This document shows positions 1 to 11,900 of a DNA stretch of 64,000 bases, piece after piece (within the stretch, counting starts at the first letter, position 1; the number at the start of each line of letters is the position of its first letter). This DNA is from Paraspadella gotoi (Eukaryota > Animalia > Chaetognatha). The translations under genes and the position numbers were made by a program. The notes under the pieces are model-generated. The model saw only the letters and a list, made by a program, of their open reading frames with translations, was not told the DNA's origin and made no database searches. The DNA lies in the NCBI GenBank assembly GCA_051294375.1, contig CM119267.1, forward strand, positions 26,692,278-26,756,277. The letters are read 5' to 3'.

Positions 1-689
1 AAATGGAAAAAACCAAAAAATCTATTTCACTATTTGAACATCAATTACTCATGAGTGACTTGATTAAACTGGAAACCAATTTCGATGGGATCGTCTTAGT
101 GGAAATGAGTTTAAATCTATTAATTAATTATTCAATCAATTTATTTATAAATTATTTACTCAATCAAGTTATCGGCATTATCATATATAATTTATATATA
201 TATATAATATTATATATATATAATATATTATATATATAATATATATATTATACATATATATCGTCACCATCATCGTCATCGTTGCTTTTGTCGTGGTCAG
301 TGACGAAAAGACCTAAAAACAAACATTTCGGATCAAATTACAGAAGGCTTCATTTCATAAAATGAGGTACCCCTTTTTTGTGACCAGAATCTGTTCCTAC
401 CAAACAACCTGATTGAATTTCATGAAATTTTACATTTAGAGTTCTAATGACGATATAAATGGAACTATCGAGGCATATTTTAATATTCAACCCCTGACAA
501 GAGATACAGGGCCCTGGGAGAGTATAAGTACAAAATATCAAAAATCTAACTTCGAGGCCTCTTGATTTTTTGATTTAGATATAAACTCATTACCAAGGAT
601 ATAAAAAACTAAAATTCGATTGCCCAGTTGTCCCGTCCTCGCCTGTTCATAATACGACTGAAAGTCAAAAAATGCAAAAAAATCAAAAT

Positions 690-761
690 CGGAAGCCCCC
701 AAAGCCAACAGTGAGATGCCACATCCCAATGGGCATCACCGGCCACCCGGCTGTTGCCATA
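690..761 (+). mobile_element. Fragment of a TRIM family A LTR (3' end)
   Basis: Reverse complement of 2647-2718, ending ...GCTGTTGCCATA. Confidence 0.8.
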
Positions 762-1274
762 ATGCTTCTTTTTCTTTTTATTTTAAATGTAAATGCAAGA
801 TGTATTAATTAATCAAATAATTAATCAGTTAATTAATCAATTAGACAATCAATAATTAATTAGTCAATTAATCAATCAAAACAAACATTTCGGATCAAAT
901 TAATTAATTGCCTAATTAATTAAATAATTAACTTGAATAAATGAATTGTTCATTAATGAAATAATTAACTTCAATTAATTATGAATTACCGATAATAATC
1001 GTGGGCAGATCCGAAATTGTTTGCTCAAACTTGTTTTTATACTCGTAACGTTTCCGTTGCCATCGAAACGCGTTATTAAGTCATGTTCCTCGACATTGTT
1101 TACTCCACAAAATCTATGTCAAGTAAGTTATTGTATTTTGGGAATTTGGTTTGTATTGAGAAAAAAGCGCGGAATAAATGGCGATAATAAAAGTTTTTAG
1201 AAGGAAAAAAAATAATCAAAATTTTTCAAAAAACGAACGATCACGCAAGAGATCGTATAGACAGAGACAGACAC

Positions 1275-1308
<34 letters not shown>

Positions 1309-2158
1309 GAGAGAGAGAGAACGTTTTCTCGCAACGGAGCGCATTATTAGGTCACTTTCGTTTATATCGGTATCATGTTCCTAGACATTGTTTAGTAAAC
1401 AATGTTTACTCGTTGCCCCGCAACGGCCACGAAATCCAGGTCAAGAGAAAAAAGCGCGGATAAAATGGCGATAATAAAAGTTTTTAGAAGGAAAAAAAAT
1501 AATCAGAGAGAGAGAGAGAGAGAAGAGAGAAGCTGGACAGCCGCTGGACCGCCGCTGCAGAGCCGAACTCGTTTTATATATATGTTCTTCCAATATCTAT
1601 TCTCTTTCTCTCTTTCTTTCTTCTATCTCACTCACTCTATCTTTCTATTAGTTCTATCTCTCTCTCTCTCACGAGCTCTCTCATGCTTTCTATCGCCGCT
1701 GCAGAGCCGAATTCGTTTTATATATGTGTTGTCTTCCAATATCTTTTCACTTTCTCTCACTACTAACTTTTTCTTTCTTTCTTTCTATCTCACTCATTCT
1801 ATCTTTCTATTAGTCTTTTCTCTCTTCTCTCTCTCTCTTTCTCTTGTTTTTCTTTTCTCTCTTCCCCTTCTTTTCAAATTTTTCGTACAAAAAATAGAGA
1901 TTTCAGATTCCCCGTTCTTTATATACTTTTTCGAGTTAACAACTGATAAGAAATGCTTATATCTCGATTTTAAAAAAAAATCCTAGTGGATAAAAGTACC
2001 AAATATGCCCGGTCATTTTAAACCTGGTTAAACGAGTAATTGAAAGAATGAGGAAGTTTTCTACTTTTTCTAGTTAATTTATATAAGAAAATAAAAATAA
2101 TTCCTGCAATAGAGCTCTTCAATGAGAAAATCCACATCTCCTATAAAAATAATAATGG

Positions 2159-2906
2159 TATGGCAACAGCCGGGTTGCCTGTGATGCCCATTGGGATGGG
2201 GCATCTCACTGTTGGCTTTGGGGGCTTCGACCCTCAGTGACGCCTCCAGTCACTGGCGCAGTTACCCTAGGACGGTTCTGCTTTGCCAACGCAGAGGAAG
2301 TCATTAGGACTGTGGATGGAACACTACGCCTGGATGGTGTGTTCCCCCTCTGAGCCAATGGATTTGGCTGACGGATGGTGGACGTGAGGCAGTGTGAATA
2401 TACCGCCACAGGATCCCCGGGCCAAGACATCACTCGGGTTCCTCAAGCCTGAGAGGTGTCTGACAAGACTGCTACCATAGTGGGAGAGAGAGAGAGAGAG
2501 CGCGAGTTGTGGGGGCATAGGCGTTTGTCGTAGCGTACCCAGGGGCATAGGCGTTTGTCATAAGCGTACCCGAAGTCGGCAGGGCATAGGCGTTTGTCGT
2601 AGCGTACCCTGAGAAGGTTGCGTGTTCGATAGTAGGGCTCACCACTTATGGCAACAGCCGGGTTGCCTGTGATGCCCATTGGGATGGGGCATCTCACTGT
2701 TGGCTTTGGGGGCTTCCGACCCTCAGTGACGCCTCCAGTCACTGGCGCGGTTACCCTAGGACGGTTCTCGCTTTGCCAACGCAGAGGGAAGTCATTAGGA
2801 CTGTGGATGGAACACTACGCCTGGGATGGTGTGTTCCCCCTCTTTATGAGCCAATGGATTTGGCTGACGGATGGTGGACGGGAGGCAGTGTGAATATACC
2901 GCCACA
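2159..2906 (-). mobile_element. TRIM family A (non-autonomous miniature LTR element)
   Basis: LTRs 2159-2410 and 2647-2906, perfect 4-bp TSD ATGG, minus-strand PBS TGGTGAGCCCTAC next to the 5' LTR, G-rich PPT-like tract, no coding capacity. Confidence 0.9.
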
Positions 2907-4257
2907 ATGGCTTAATTTCGAATTAATACAAGGTAGCGAGAACACAAGATTTTTATTTAATATTTTTTTCTTACAAATTTGGTATCGAACGATAGGGAAT
3001 TCTTTTCGAGCGCTTCATGCAAAAAATCAGCAAAATCGACCCATGCAATCAAAAGATATCGCCTAAAACGTCACCCAAAAATCGCTTCCTCGCGTAATCA
3101 AGTCGTCCTAATTTAAGGATTTCGATTTTGATTCCATAAGAATTTGTACTACGAGCATGGTACGAGTAGAATGCTCGATTCCGGGCCCAAGATTCAATAA
3201 AGAAATGGAGTTTAGAAATTCGAAGGTCGACGAATCGGGAAAAAGCTCATGAATATTTTTATCGAGCCATGACCGGCGAAGCCGGTTCAGGCTCTATAAT
3301 AATTTAGGACTGCTTCTTTGTGACGTAGTCGTCGTCGTCGCCGTCACGCTGTTTTATGCAAAAATCTGTTCGAATTCTTCATTTTGTTAGGAAAAAGCAT
3401 TCAAGCTCTCGTTTAAATACTATTTCATCTTATTTATATTAGTATAAATATTAAAAACTATTTATATTTATATAATATATATTCTAAAAACTTTAATATT
3501 TAATTATTTATAATATTACAATAATAAAACGCTTAAAATTACGCGAATAAAGAGCGTCATCGTTATCTGACAAATTCGATCTTAAGCTAATTTGCATAAT
3601 TTAGGAGCCAGATTAAAATCGACCGGGATCTCTCATGTTGAAAATTTTAAATCGAATAAAAAGTGTTTTAAATTAAAGTATATATATGTGTGATCACTTG
3701 TGTAAACGTTTTTAAAAATCCGAATCCATCTTGATACACTACTAAAAATTCGTTGAAACAAAACAAATTGTTTTCCTCCCTAAAGTTATGTATTTATAAT
3801 CCGCGCTGGGGGGCCAAAAAAAAATAAAATTGTTTTCATTATTTTTTGAAATTTTTTAGTGGCCTCAGATACATTGACGTTTTAATCATATGAAAAAAAA
3901 ACATTTTAGAACTAAAATTGAAAAATTTTCAATAATTAAGCATAGTTTGAAGATGCATTGTTCATCATTTTACGTCCAATTTTCCCAAATTATTCCAAAA
4001 CTGACTTGAACTGCTGATGTTCATGAAGCTGAAAATTAAGTTAAACTAATATTTTTTGGTAATAAATACGTTTCTGTGGAAAAGTAAACGTCTATGCAAC
4101 TGTTCAAAACAAAAATAATATCTCGGCTCGGGGGTCAAATATTGAAATTCGCCTTGATAGTTCTATTTGTATTCACATAGGGATCGTTCATACTAAAGTT
4201 CAATAAATTTGATCCTGTAGTTTTCTCGGAACTTGTTTTGGTCACAAAAAAGGGGTG

Positions 4258-5146
4258 AAGTAGCATCCGTCTAGAATTTCTAAGACGCCAAGCTCTGTAA
4301 CTCGAGTACAAATGATAATTTGAAAGCGAGTTTTTGTCTTGTTATCGAGTACTCATATGGCTACTCCCCCTTCGGTAAGCCATTGCTCTACGACCACTTT
4401 TGGGACATAGCAGTTTATTGTAAAAATTGACCTTGAGTGGGATTCGAATCCTACCATTCCATTCCGCATCAAAGTCTTAGCTTTTAACTACTCAGCCATC
4501 ACATTATTTTTTGTTATGCCAACCAATTTCATTCTTTCATTCTCTCAATCATTAGCCCATTTTTTGAGAGAATTCTGTGAGAATTGTCGCTTATTCTCAT
4601 GCAAGCGGGCAAGTGTCTGATGTTTCGCATGTAACGAATTGTCTCATCGTGAGTCATCAAAAAAAAGTTGTATTGTAAAGGTTGAAACGTTTTAATTCTT
4701 TATAGAGATCTCTCGAAAACTTGTAAACACTTAATAAAACACAAGCAAAGTGAAAATGTTTCACGTCGTGGCTTAACAATGAGGCAACTGCCTCTGACTT
4801 TTTCAAAATTTCAAACAATAATGAATTTTTTGTTTCCCCGCAAAAAATAAAAGCGAACCTACAGCTTTATATAATTTAATTTGAACAACATTTTCTAGAA
4901 AATCATTTGGCCGAGTGCTTAGCGTGCCGGATTTCATCATTACGAAGAGCTTGCAGGTTCAAATCTAGCCGAAGTTACTTTTTACCAGAAGTTTTGATGT
5001 CCCAAAATTGGTCGTAGAGCAATGGCTTACCGAAGGGGGAGTAGCCATATGTGTGCTAGATATCAAGACAAAAGCTCTCTTTAAAATTATCATTTGTACT
5101 CGAGTTATAGAGCTTGCCGTCTCAGAAATTTAGACGGATGCTACTG
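4258..5146. mobile_element. Non-autonomous TIR element (Tc1/mariner-type, TA target)
   Basis: ~150-bp TIRs (4258-4408 and 4997-5146) ending CTACTG|TA. The paralogous empty site GGGG-TA-CCTC is visible at ~360-385 on the minus strand. Confidence 0.85.
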
Positions 5147-5296
5147 TACCTCATTTTATAATATGAAGCCTTCTGTAATTAGTTTATTAATTAAATAATT
5201 TAAATTATTATTTTAGTTTATGTAGTTTGTATTAATTAATTAATTAATGATCGTGGGCAGATCCGACATTGTTTGCTCAAACTTGTTTATTTTCAG

Positions 5297-5458
5297 CTCT
5301 ATTCCTGTTTTTCTTTGGTTCCTCGTTCTCCTCAACTCGAGCCTCGTCCGAGATTCACTCGTCCAAGTTTATCGCGAGGGACTCCTCGTCACAACGCTCG
5401 TCCTTTTCATCGGCGTCATCGGAGGAACCGAACTACTCGTCGCCTCATTCTTCTACAG
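5297..5458 (+). CDS. PIGN: PIGN internal exon (transmembrane region)
   Basis: Acceptor ttttcag ends at 5296. Translates SIPVFLWFLVLLNSSLVRDSLVQVYREGLLVTTLVLFIGVIGGTELLVASFFYR, resembling recalled PIGN 'LPIWYAV...GIEVLVLSFFYR'. The donor is either GC at 5459 or GT at 5462; both are in frame. Confidence 0.85.
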
Positions 5459-5525
5459 GCAGTCAAGCACTCGATCCAAATTAGACTTTGCTTCTTTAAC
5501 TTTATTTATTTAATTTCTTGTTCAG

Positions 5526-5599
5526 GGAGTTTTTATCAGTTTCGTTAGTCATTGTGGGTCTTTGGCCTTTGGTCACTTCTCTTCGCCAGGACGCGCCTG
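5526..5599 (+). CDS. PIGN: PIGN internal exon
   Basis: ttgttcag acceptor and gtaagt donor at 5600. Translates (R)EFLSVSLVIVGLWPLVTSLRQDAP, like PIGN 'RYMLTAGLTAFAAWPFLT'. Ends phase 1, matching the next exon. Confidence 0.85.
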
Positions 5600-7417
5600 G
5601 TAAGTATCCTAAACTTTTAGTGAAAAGTCGCAAGATCGGGGATTTGCGACGATGACGCTACAATAAGGTTTCTAAATACCTTTACAATTTTAGTGGTTTT
5701 CAATGGAAATAGAAATCACGATTTAATTGTAAACACGAAATCGTTTATTTTATTATGTACATGGTGACAATTTTACAAATTAGTTGAGTAGAAAATATTA
5801 AAGTCATTTATGTGTTCAAATTTTATATTGATCAGTTAAGATATGCCTTGACAATGAGTGGAGAAAGTTGGCTTGTAAAATTGGGTTTCATTTTCCAACT
5901 CACTTTTTTTAGATTCAATTTTTTTTTCTTACTTTCAGTAAGTTTTCTAAAGAAATTTGAAATAAAATAATATTAATATTATTATCTTCTGAAAGCCCTT
6001 TCAAATTTAAAGAGAATGACGTAATTACAAATACTGTAGTATAAAATATAACCGGCCCAGCTTTAATTTAATTAGGATACTCAAAGGCAGTGATTTCTAT
6101 CGAGGAATTCAGCAGAACAAGTTTGAGCAAACAATGTCGGATCTGGCTACGATAATTAATTAATTAATTAATTAATCGATTAATTAATTAATTAATTTTA
6201 ATATGTAATAATTAATTTTAAATTTATATTCAACTTCATCATCGATGTCCTTAAAATTGGGTTAGGACAGTTATTAAATATGTTTTGTTTACATTTTATC
6301 AAAACAAACAAATATCCTTATTTTTATTTTTATGTCTCCTTGTCTCTCTCTCTCTCTCTCTCTCCTCTCTCTCACTTTTTATGCAATTGCTTTATGCTTT
6401 TAAGATTTTTTTAACTTGCATCATTTTTTCACATTAATTAATGAATTAGTTAACATAATTATTAATTAAAACATTTATTAGTAATCATTAATATTAAAGA
6501 TTCAAGTAAATGTACTTATGTTTTTTCCATCTAAACTCATTTTCACTGGCACAATTCCGTCAAAACTTTATATAATTATGATATATTAATAAATATTTAA
6601 AAGCTTCAGTGCAACAACCCAATGAACTAATTCAAAAAGTTACATTGAAAATCGATTTAGTAGTAGAAGGAAAAAAGAAATTTTTTTGAGAGAACTAGAA
6701 GTTATAAAAAGTGTTCAATTTTGGCTAGATATTAGGCCGGAACAGGTTGAAAACTAAAAGTTCTCTCAAATGGTTAATGGTTAATGGTTAAGCGACTATT
6801 AATAATATGAAAATGAAAAATAATTTTTAAAATTTTGCTATCAATTTTTTAGAGATTCTGATAGAGCTTTAAAAGTTAGATAAAGGTTATTAATACAACT
6901 TTTTTTTTTGTTTTATTAATGAAAAATTAAAAAAAATAAATTTCAGCCAATAATGATGATGATGATAATTTTTTAAGGTTTTTTCTATTTTTAACCAATT
7001 TATTGTCAAAATTTGAAAAAATATAGTACTAACTTTCATTAACTTTTTAAGCTCTACAAGAACCCGTTCTTAAAAAATCAAATTAAAAAAAATTTTTTTT
7101 GTCATTTGTTATATATTAATAAATATTTAAAAGCTTCAGTGCAACGACCCAATGAACTAATTCAAAAAGTTACATTGAAAATCGATTTAGTAGTAAAGAA
7201 AAAAAGAAATTTTTTTGAGAGAACTAGAAGTTATAAAAAGTGTTCAATTTTGGCCCGCCTTACTAGATATATTGCATGTGATTAACAATGTTATCGGAAT
7301 AATAATTTTATCAATTTTATGTATTTTGTAAGTATTTAATTATTTTTATTCAGTGAGTAAAATAACTTTTATATTCGCTAATTTTTATTTCGGACTCTCT
7401 CTCTTCTTTCTCTCTCT

Positions 7418-7458
<41 letters not shown>

Positions 7459-7792
7459 AATTGCAACGATCCTTATGCTCATTTTTTCAGCTCTCTCTCT
7501 CTCTCTCTCTTTGCAATTGCGACGATCCTATGCTCATTTTTCTGCTCTCTTTCTCTCTCTTTCTCAAGTAAATGTAACTTATATTTTTTCCATTTAAACT
7601 CATTTCCACTGGCACAATTCCGTCAAAACTTTATATCTCGCTTCTTCACACACTTTCCTACCGCTCACAAAATTTCATCTCAATCTATATTGGGTTAAAA
7701 TAAGTAAAAAGATTCAAGTAAATGTGACTCATATTTTTCATTTAAACTCATTTCCACCCGTACGTTCCACCAAAACTTTATATCTGTAGCAT

Positions 7793-8033
7793 TTATCCCT
7801 AGCACCAATTAACTATTTATTAATTATTAAGGAACCAATTATTTAATCATCTTAGTTATTAAGTAATATACTTTACAAAATCTCTCAATTTAATATTATA
7901 ATTATAAATAGCATGTCAACATCGGGAATCGAACCCCGACTTAACGAACTACGAGCACCGCCTTAATCGATGTCGCCACTCGGCACGTTTTCGGAAACAC
8001 TCCCAACCTCGGATTTATTGGTGCTAAGGATAA
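7793..8033. mobile_element. Small MITE containing a tRNA-like sequence
   Basis: TIR TTATCCCTAGCACCAAT / ATTGGTGCTAAGGATAA. Minus strand has the B box GGTTCGATTCCC at ~7924-7935. Confidence 0.65.
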
Positions 8034-8549
8034 TCACATACAAGCATCGTTACACACATTTTTCTACCCCACACAAAAAATTTGAACTCAATCTATCCAT
8101 CCAATTATGATTAATTAGAGTACTTATTGGTTAAAATAATTAAAAATATTTTAGTAAATGCGGCTTATGTTTTTTCTTCTTAAACTCACACGATTCGTCG
8201 AAACTTTATATCCAGCTTTATCACACACTTTCCTACCCACACACAAAATTTCTTTCCAATCCAACCAGCCAATCACGAGTTATTGGAGCTTTTTGCTAAG
8301 GTGGGACTGATAATTATTTGATTTATTAATACATCCTGCATATACATTTAATATAAAAGGAAAAAAGAATCATAATCAATTAGTGAAACAGGTTTTTTGT
8401 TTTTTTACATTTAAACTCATTTCCACTCAAAAGATTCCATCGAAACTTGGTTTCCTGTTCAATCACACATTTTTCTACTCACATACAAAATTCCAGGTCA
8501 ATCGATAATTAAGTGGTAATAATTTAATCAACTTGCATAATTTTGTCCA

Positions 8550-8901
8550 ATCATTTGGTTAACTGACATATTTGGTCTACTGACATAATTTGGTCAACTG
8601 ACATAATTTGATCAATTAAGATAATTTGGTCAACAGGCATAATTTGGTCAACTGGCATAATTTATCAACTGGCCTAATTTGGTCAACTAGCATAATTTGG
8701 TCAACTGGCAAGATTTGGTCAACTGGCATAATTTGGTCAACTGGCATGTTTGGTCAACAGGCATAATTTGGTCAACAGGCATAATTTGGTCAACTTGCAG
8801 AACTTGATCAACTTGCAGAATTTGGTCAACCTGCATAATTTGGTCAACTTTAAGAATTTGGTCAACTGGCATATTTTTGTCAATTGGCATAATTTGGTCA
8901 A
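8550..8901. repeat. 18-bp tandem array (TTTGGTCAACTGGCATAA)
   Basis: About 19 degenerate units are directly visible. Confidence 0.9.
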
Positions 8902-11900
8902 TCAATCAATCAATCAATCAATCAGAGAGAGATAGAGAGAGAGAAACTTAAAAAATTCAAATAAATGTGTCTAATTTGAACTCTTTTCCACTCCTACGAT
9001 TCCATCAAAAATTTATATCCGCTTTATCACATACTTCCCTACCACACACAAAATTCCTTTCGATTTATCTATCAATTTTTAATAAACATAATAATTATGA
9101 GTAAATTTAAGTAAAAATACTTCAAGTAAATATGACTTTTGTTTTTTCCATTTTAACTCATTTCCACTCGCCACGATTCCATCGAAACTTTATATCCAGC
9201 TCAATCACACACTTCCTACCATCATACAAAATTTCAAGTCAATTGCCCTATTCACTATAGCAATTGGCGTTCAAATAGTGAAATATATTTTTTTGTTTTT
9301 TCCATTTAAACAATTTCCACTCGCACGATTCCCTCGAAACTTCATATCCATCTCAATCACACAGTTTCCTACCCACACACAAAATTTCATACCAATCCAT
9401 CCATACAATCACGAGTAATTGGAGTTTTTTGCTAAGGTGGGACGGACGGACGGACGGACATCGTTTTTTTTGTCATAAATTATCATAATTCGATGTTCTG
9501 ACATGATATAAGTGTGTGCCCGACAATATTGAGGGGGCGGACCGACGGACCGAAAAAGTGAGTTATAGAGTCGGGATCTGCTGATAAGCAGATCCGACTA
9601 AAAACCACTTTTTGCAATATTGCTAGAATATTACCAACAGAATTGATTAAATTTGAACCCTAAGACAAAGTGGGCTGGACTACGGATTAATTAAAATCAT
9701 CTGCTGCTTTTTCTAATCAAGAATCAATATAATTTTTGCAACTTTAAATAAAAAAAATTATGTCCATTTTGACTTTTGTCTTGAGATTTGAACGTCAAGA
9801 TCATTGAAGAAAAAATTTTTACTCCGGATTTCGGGTACTTCTTATCTTATCACTGAGTGGGTTCATTTGCCGTTGGTCATCCATTGTTTGCCTATGAATT
9901 AATTTTTAAATTGACTAGTAAAAAAATTACATTTTTACATTTTATTACAATTTGTTAAACGAAAATACTTCAAAATGTCCACAAATCTAATCAAATATTC
10001 CCTTTCAACGGTGCTTCTGGTACCTAAAAAATTAGGGCAAAAAATCTAATAGTTTTGCAGAAATTAAATTTTTAAGTCAACTTTAATTTGTGAGGATTTA
10101 TTTGAACTAAAACTCGGTTTTTGACTTATTTTATAGTTTTAATAGATGAGAAATATACTAAGGTTAATGAATTTAAAAAAACCGCATTCTTTTAATGTAA
10201 TGGAAAGCGTCAGTAATTTTTTTCCTCTCAATCGACAGGTTTTTGCGGAAAAAATTTCCGCAAAAATCTGTCAATTTTTTAAATCTGCTTGCCTACCAAA
10301 CTTTGAATAAAATCATACGCTACCCAAGATTTTTTTCTTACAATACATTTTAAAGATTTTTAAAATGAGTGAGAATGAAAAAAAGATAAGAGAAGAGAGA
10401 GCATGTGTGAAAAAAAGTTGCAGGGAGAGAGAGAAAGAGTGGAAAGAAATTAATATATGGGGAGAAGGGGGAAAACGAAAAAAAGAGAAAAGAAAAGATA
10501 AGAAAGAGGGAAGAAAGAGAATCAGAGAGGGAGAGAAAAGCAGAGATAGAGAGGAAGATAAATAAAGGTAAAGGAAGAAAAGAATGGATGACACTGAAAA
10601 ATATGAAGACAGAAAAGTCAGAGAAAGGGAGAGAAAGAGAGAAAAAGAGAGGGACAGAGAGAAGGTTCAAGAGAGAAAAAAATAGTGGAAAAAATGGAAA
10701 AAAGTTTTAAAATATAGCGTGCCGTTTTTTTGCCTAATCTGTAGTATATCTAAAAAACGTGATAGATCTGACGAGCAATTTAATCTTTAAAAGTTGCCCT
10801 TACCATGAAAAATCGTTTTAGTTTCATCTTAAGGTAAAAGAAATTATGTCTTACCGTATTTTGAAAGCATAGAAATTCACCCAGTGAGTTCGATGTTATA
10901 AGGAGAAAATAACTATAGCCAACCGTTTTTTTAAATAAAGCGTGTTTTATATTAATCAGTGGAAAAAAAAGAAATAATAGTTATGAAATTGGTACAACCA
11001 ATATAAAAATTATCCATTCATTTAATAAATAAGCTATCTTGCCCCTGACTTTGGACAGGCTTTGGTGGTTTAAGGCCTCCATCACTCTTACAAGATAATG
11101 ACATAGCAGCATATAAGTTTCAATTCTATTGTTGAAAATACCCGAATAGAAATCACTGCCCAAAACGAGACATCTTTCCAAAAGTCAATAGCTGGAGGGT
11201 AAATTTAAGATTTTTATCAAATTGTGAGTGGCTATTTTAAATTTTTTTTTCAGGCTCCTTCATGATACTTTTATAAATAATAATATTTAATGTTATAATA
11301 ATTTAAACAGGTCATATATTTTATAAAAAGATTTAATGAAATTGGACAGGCTTTGGTGGTTTAAGGCCTCCACCACTCTTACAAGATAATGACATAGCAG
11401 GTCCCTGCAAGCTTTCAATCAAGACTCTCTCACAGTCTCGTTTATTCACTCCCAGAGTACCTGCCTTCCCTATCAATGAAGTGGTATAATATTTCAAAGA
11501 ATGTTTCAATTGTATGAAAAGACCACTCCCTTAAGTATTAGATCGGGGAATACTTATTGTACTCCGCACTCGCATCAAAATACAAGGAGCTGAATTTTTT
11601 AAAATTTTAGATAATTAACTTTTGACTCTCCTAATTGAACCAAGGCTCGGTAGCTTAATTTTTATATTAGAGCTTTCGTAAGTATATCATTCTCTTCATT
11701 TTTTAAAGGGCTTTCTGAGGATATTAATATTGTTAATATTTTAATAAATACTTTGTTTAAAAAAGTGCTAAAAGTTGAAGAAAAAAAAAGAATTTAAAAA
11801 CAGTGAGTTGGAAAATGAAACCCGATTTTACAAGCCAACTTTCTCTACTCATTGTCAAGGCATATCTTAACTGATCAATATAAAATTTGAACACATAAAT

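Larger units (their letters stand above)
6117..9604 (-). mobile_element. HINE/DINE-like family 1 copy with expanded internal repeats
   Basis: 5' hairpin GTCGGATCTGC..GCAGATCCCGAC, (GTCC)n microsatellite, ~125-bp tandem units, 3' subTIR GCAGATCCGAC plus GTTTG-CT-CAAAC stem-loop, T-rich ends. Confidence 0.8.

Noticed and set aside
4429-4975. Functional tRNA genes
   Set aside because: A/B boxes are present but acceptor and anticodon stems do not pair; treated as tRNA-derived.
11052-11400. 57-bp direct repeat and a possible transposase remnant
   Set aside because: No convincing DDE/D motif in the frames read; an internal duplication of the long-TIR element.
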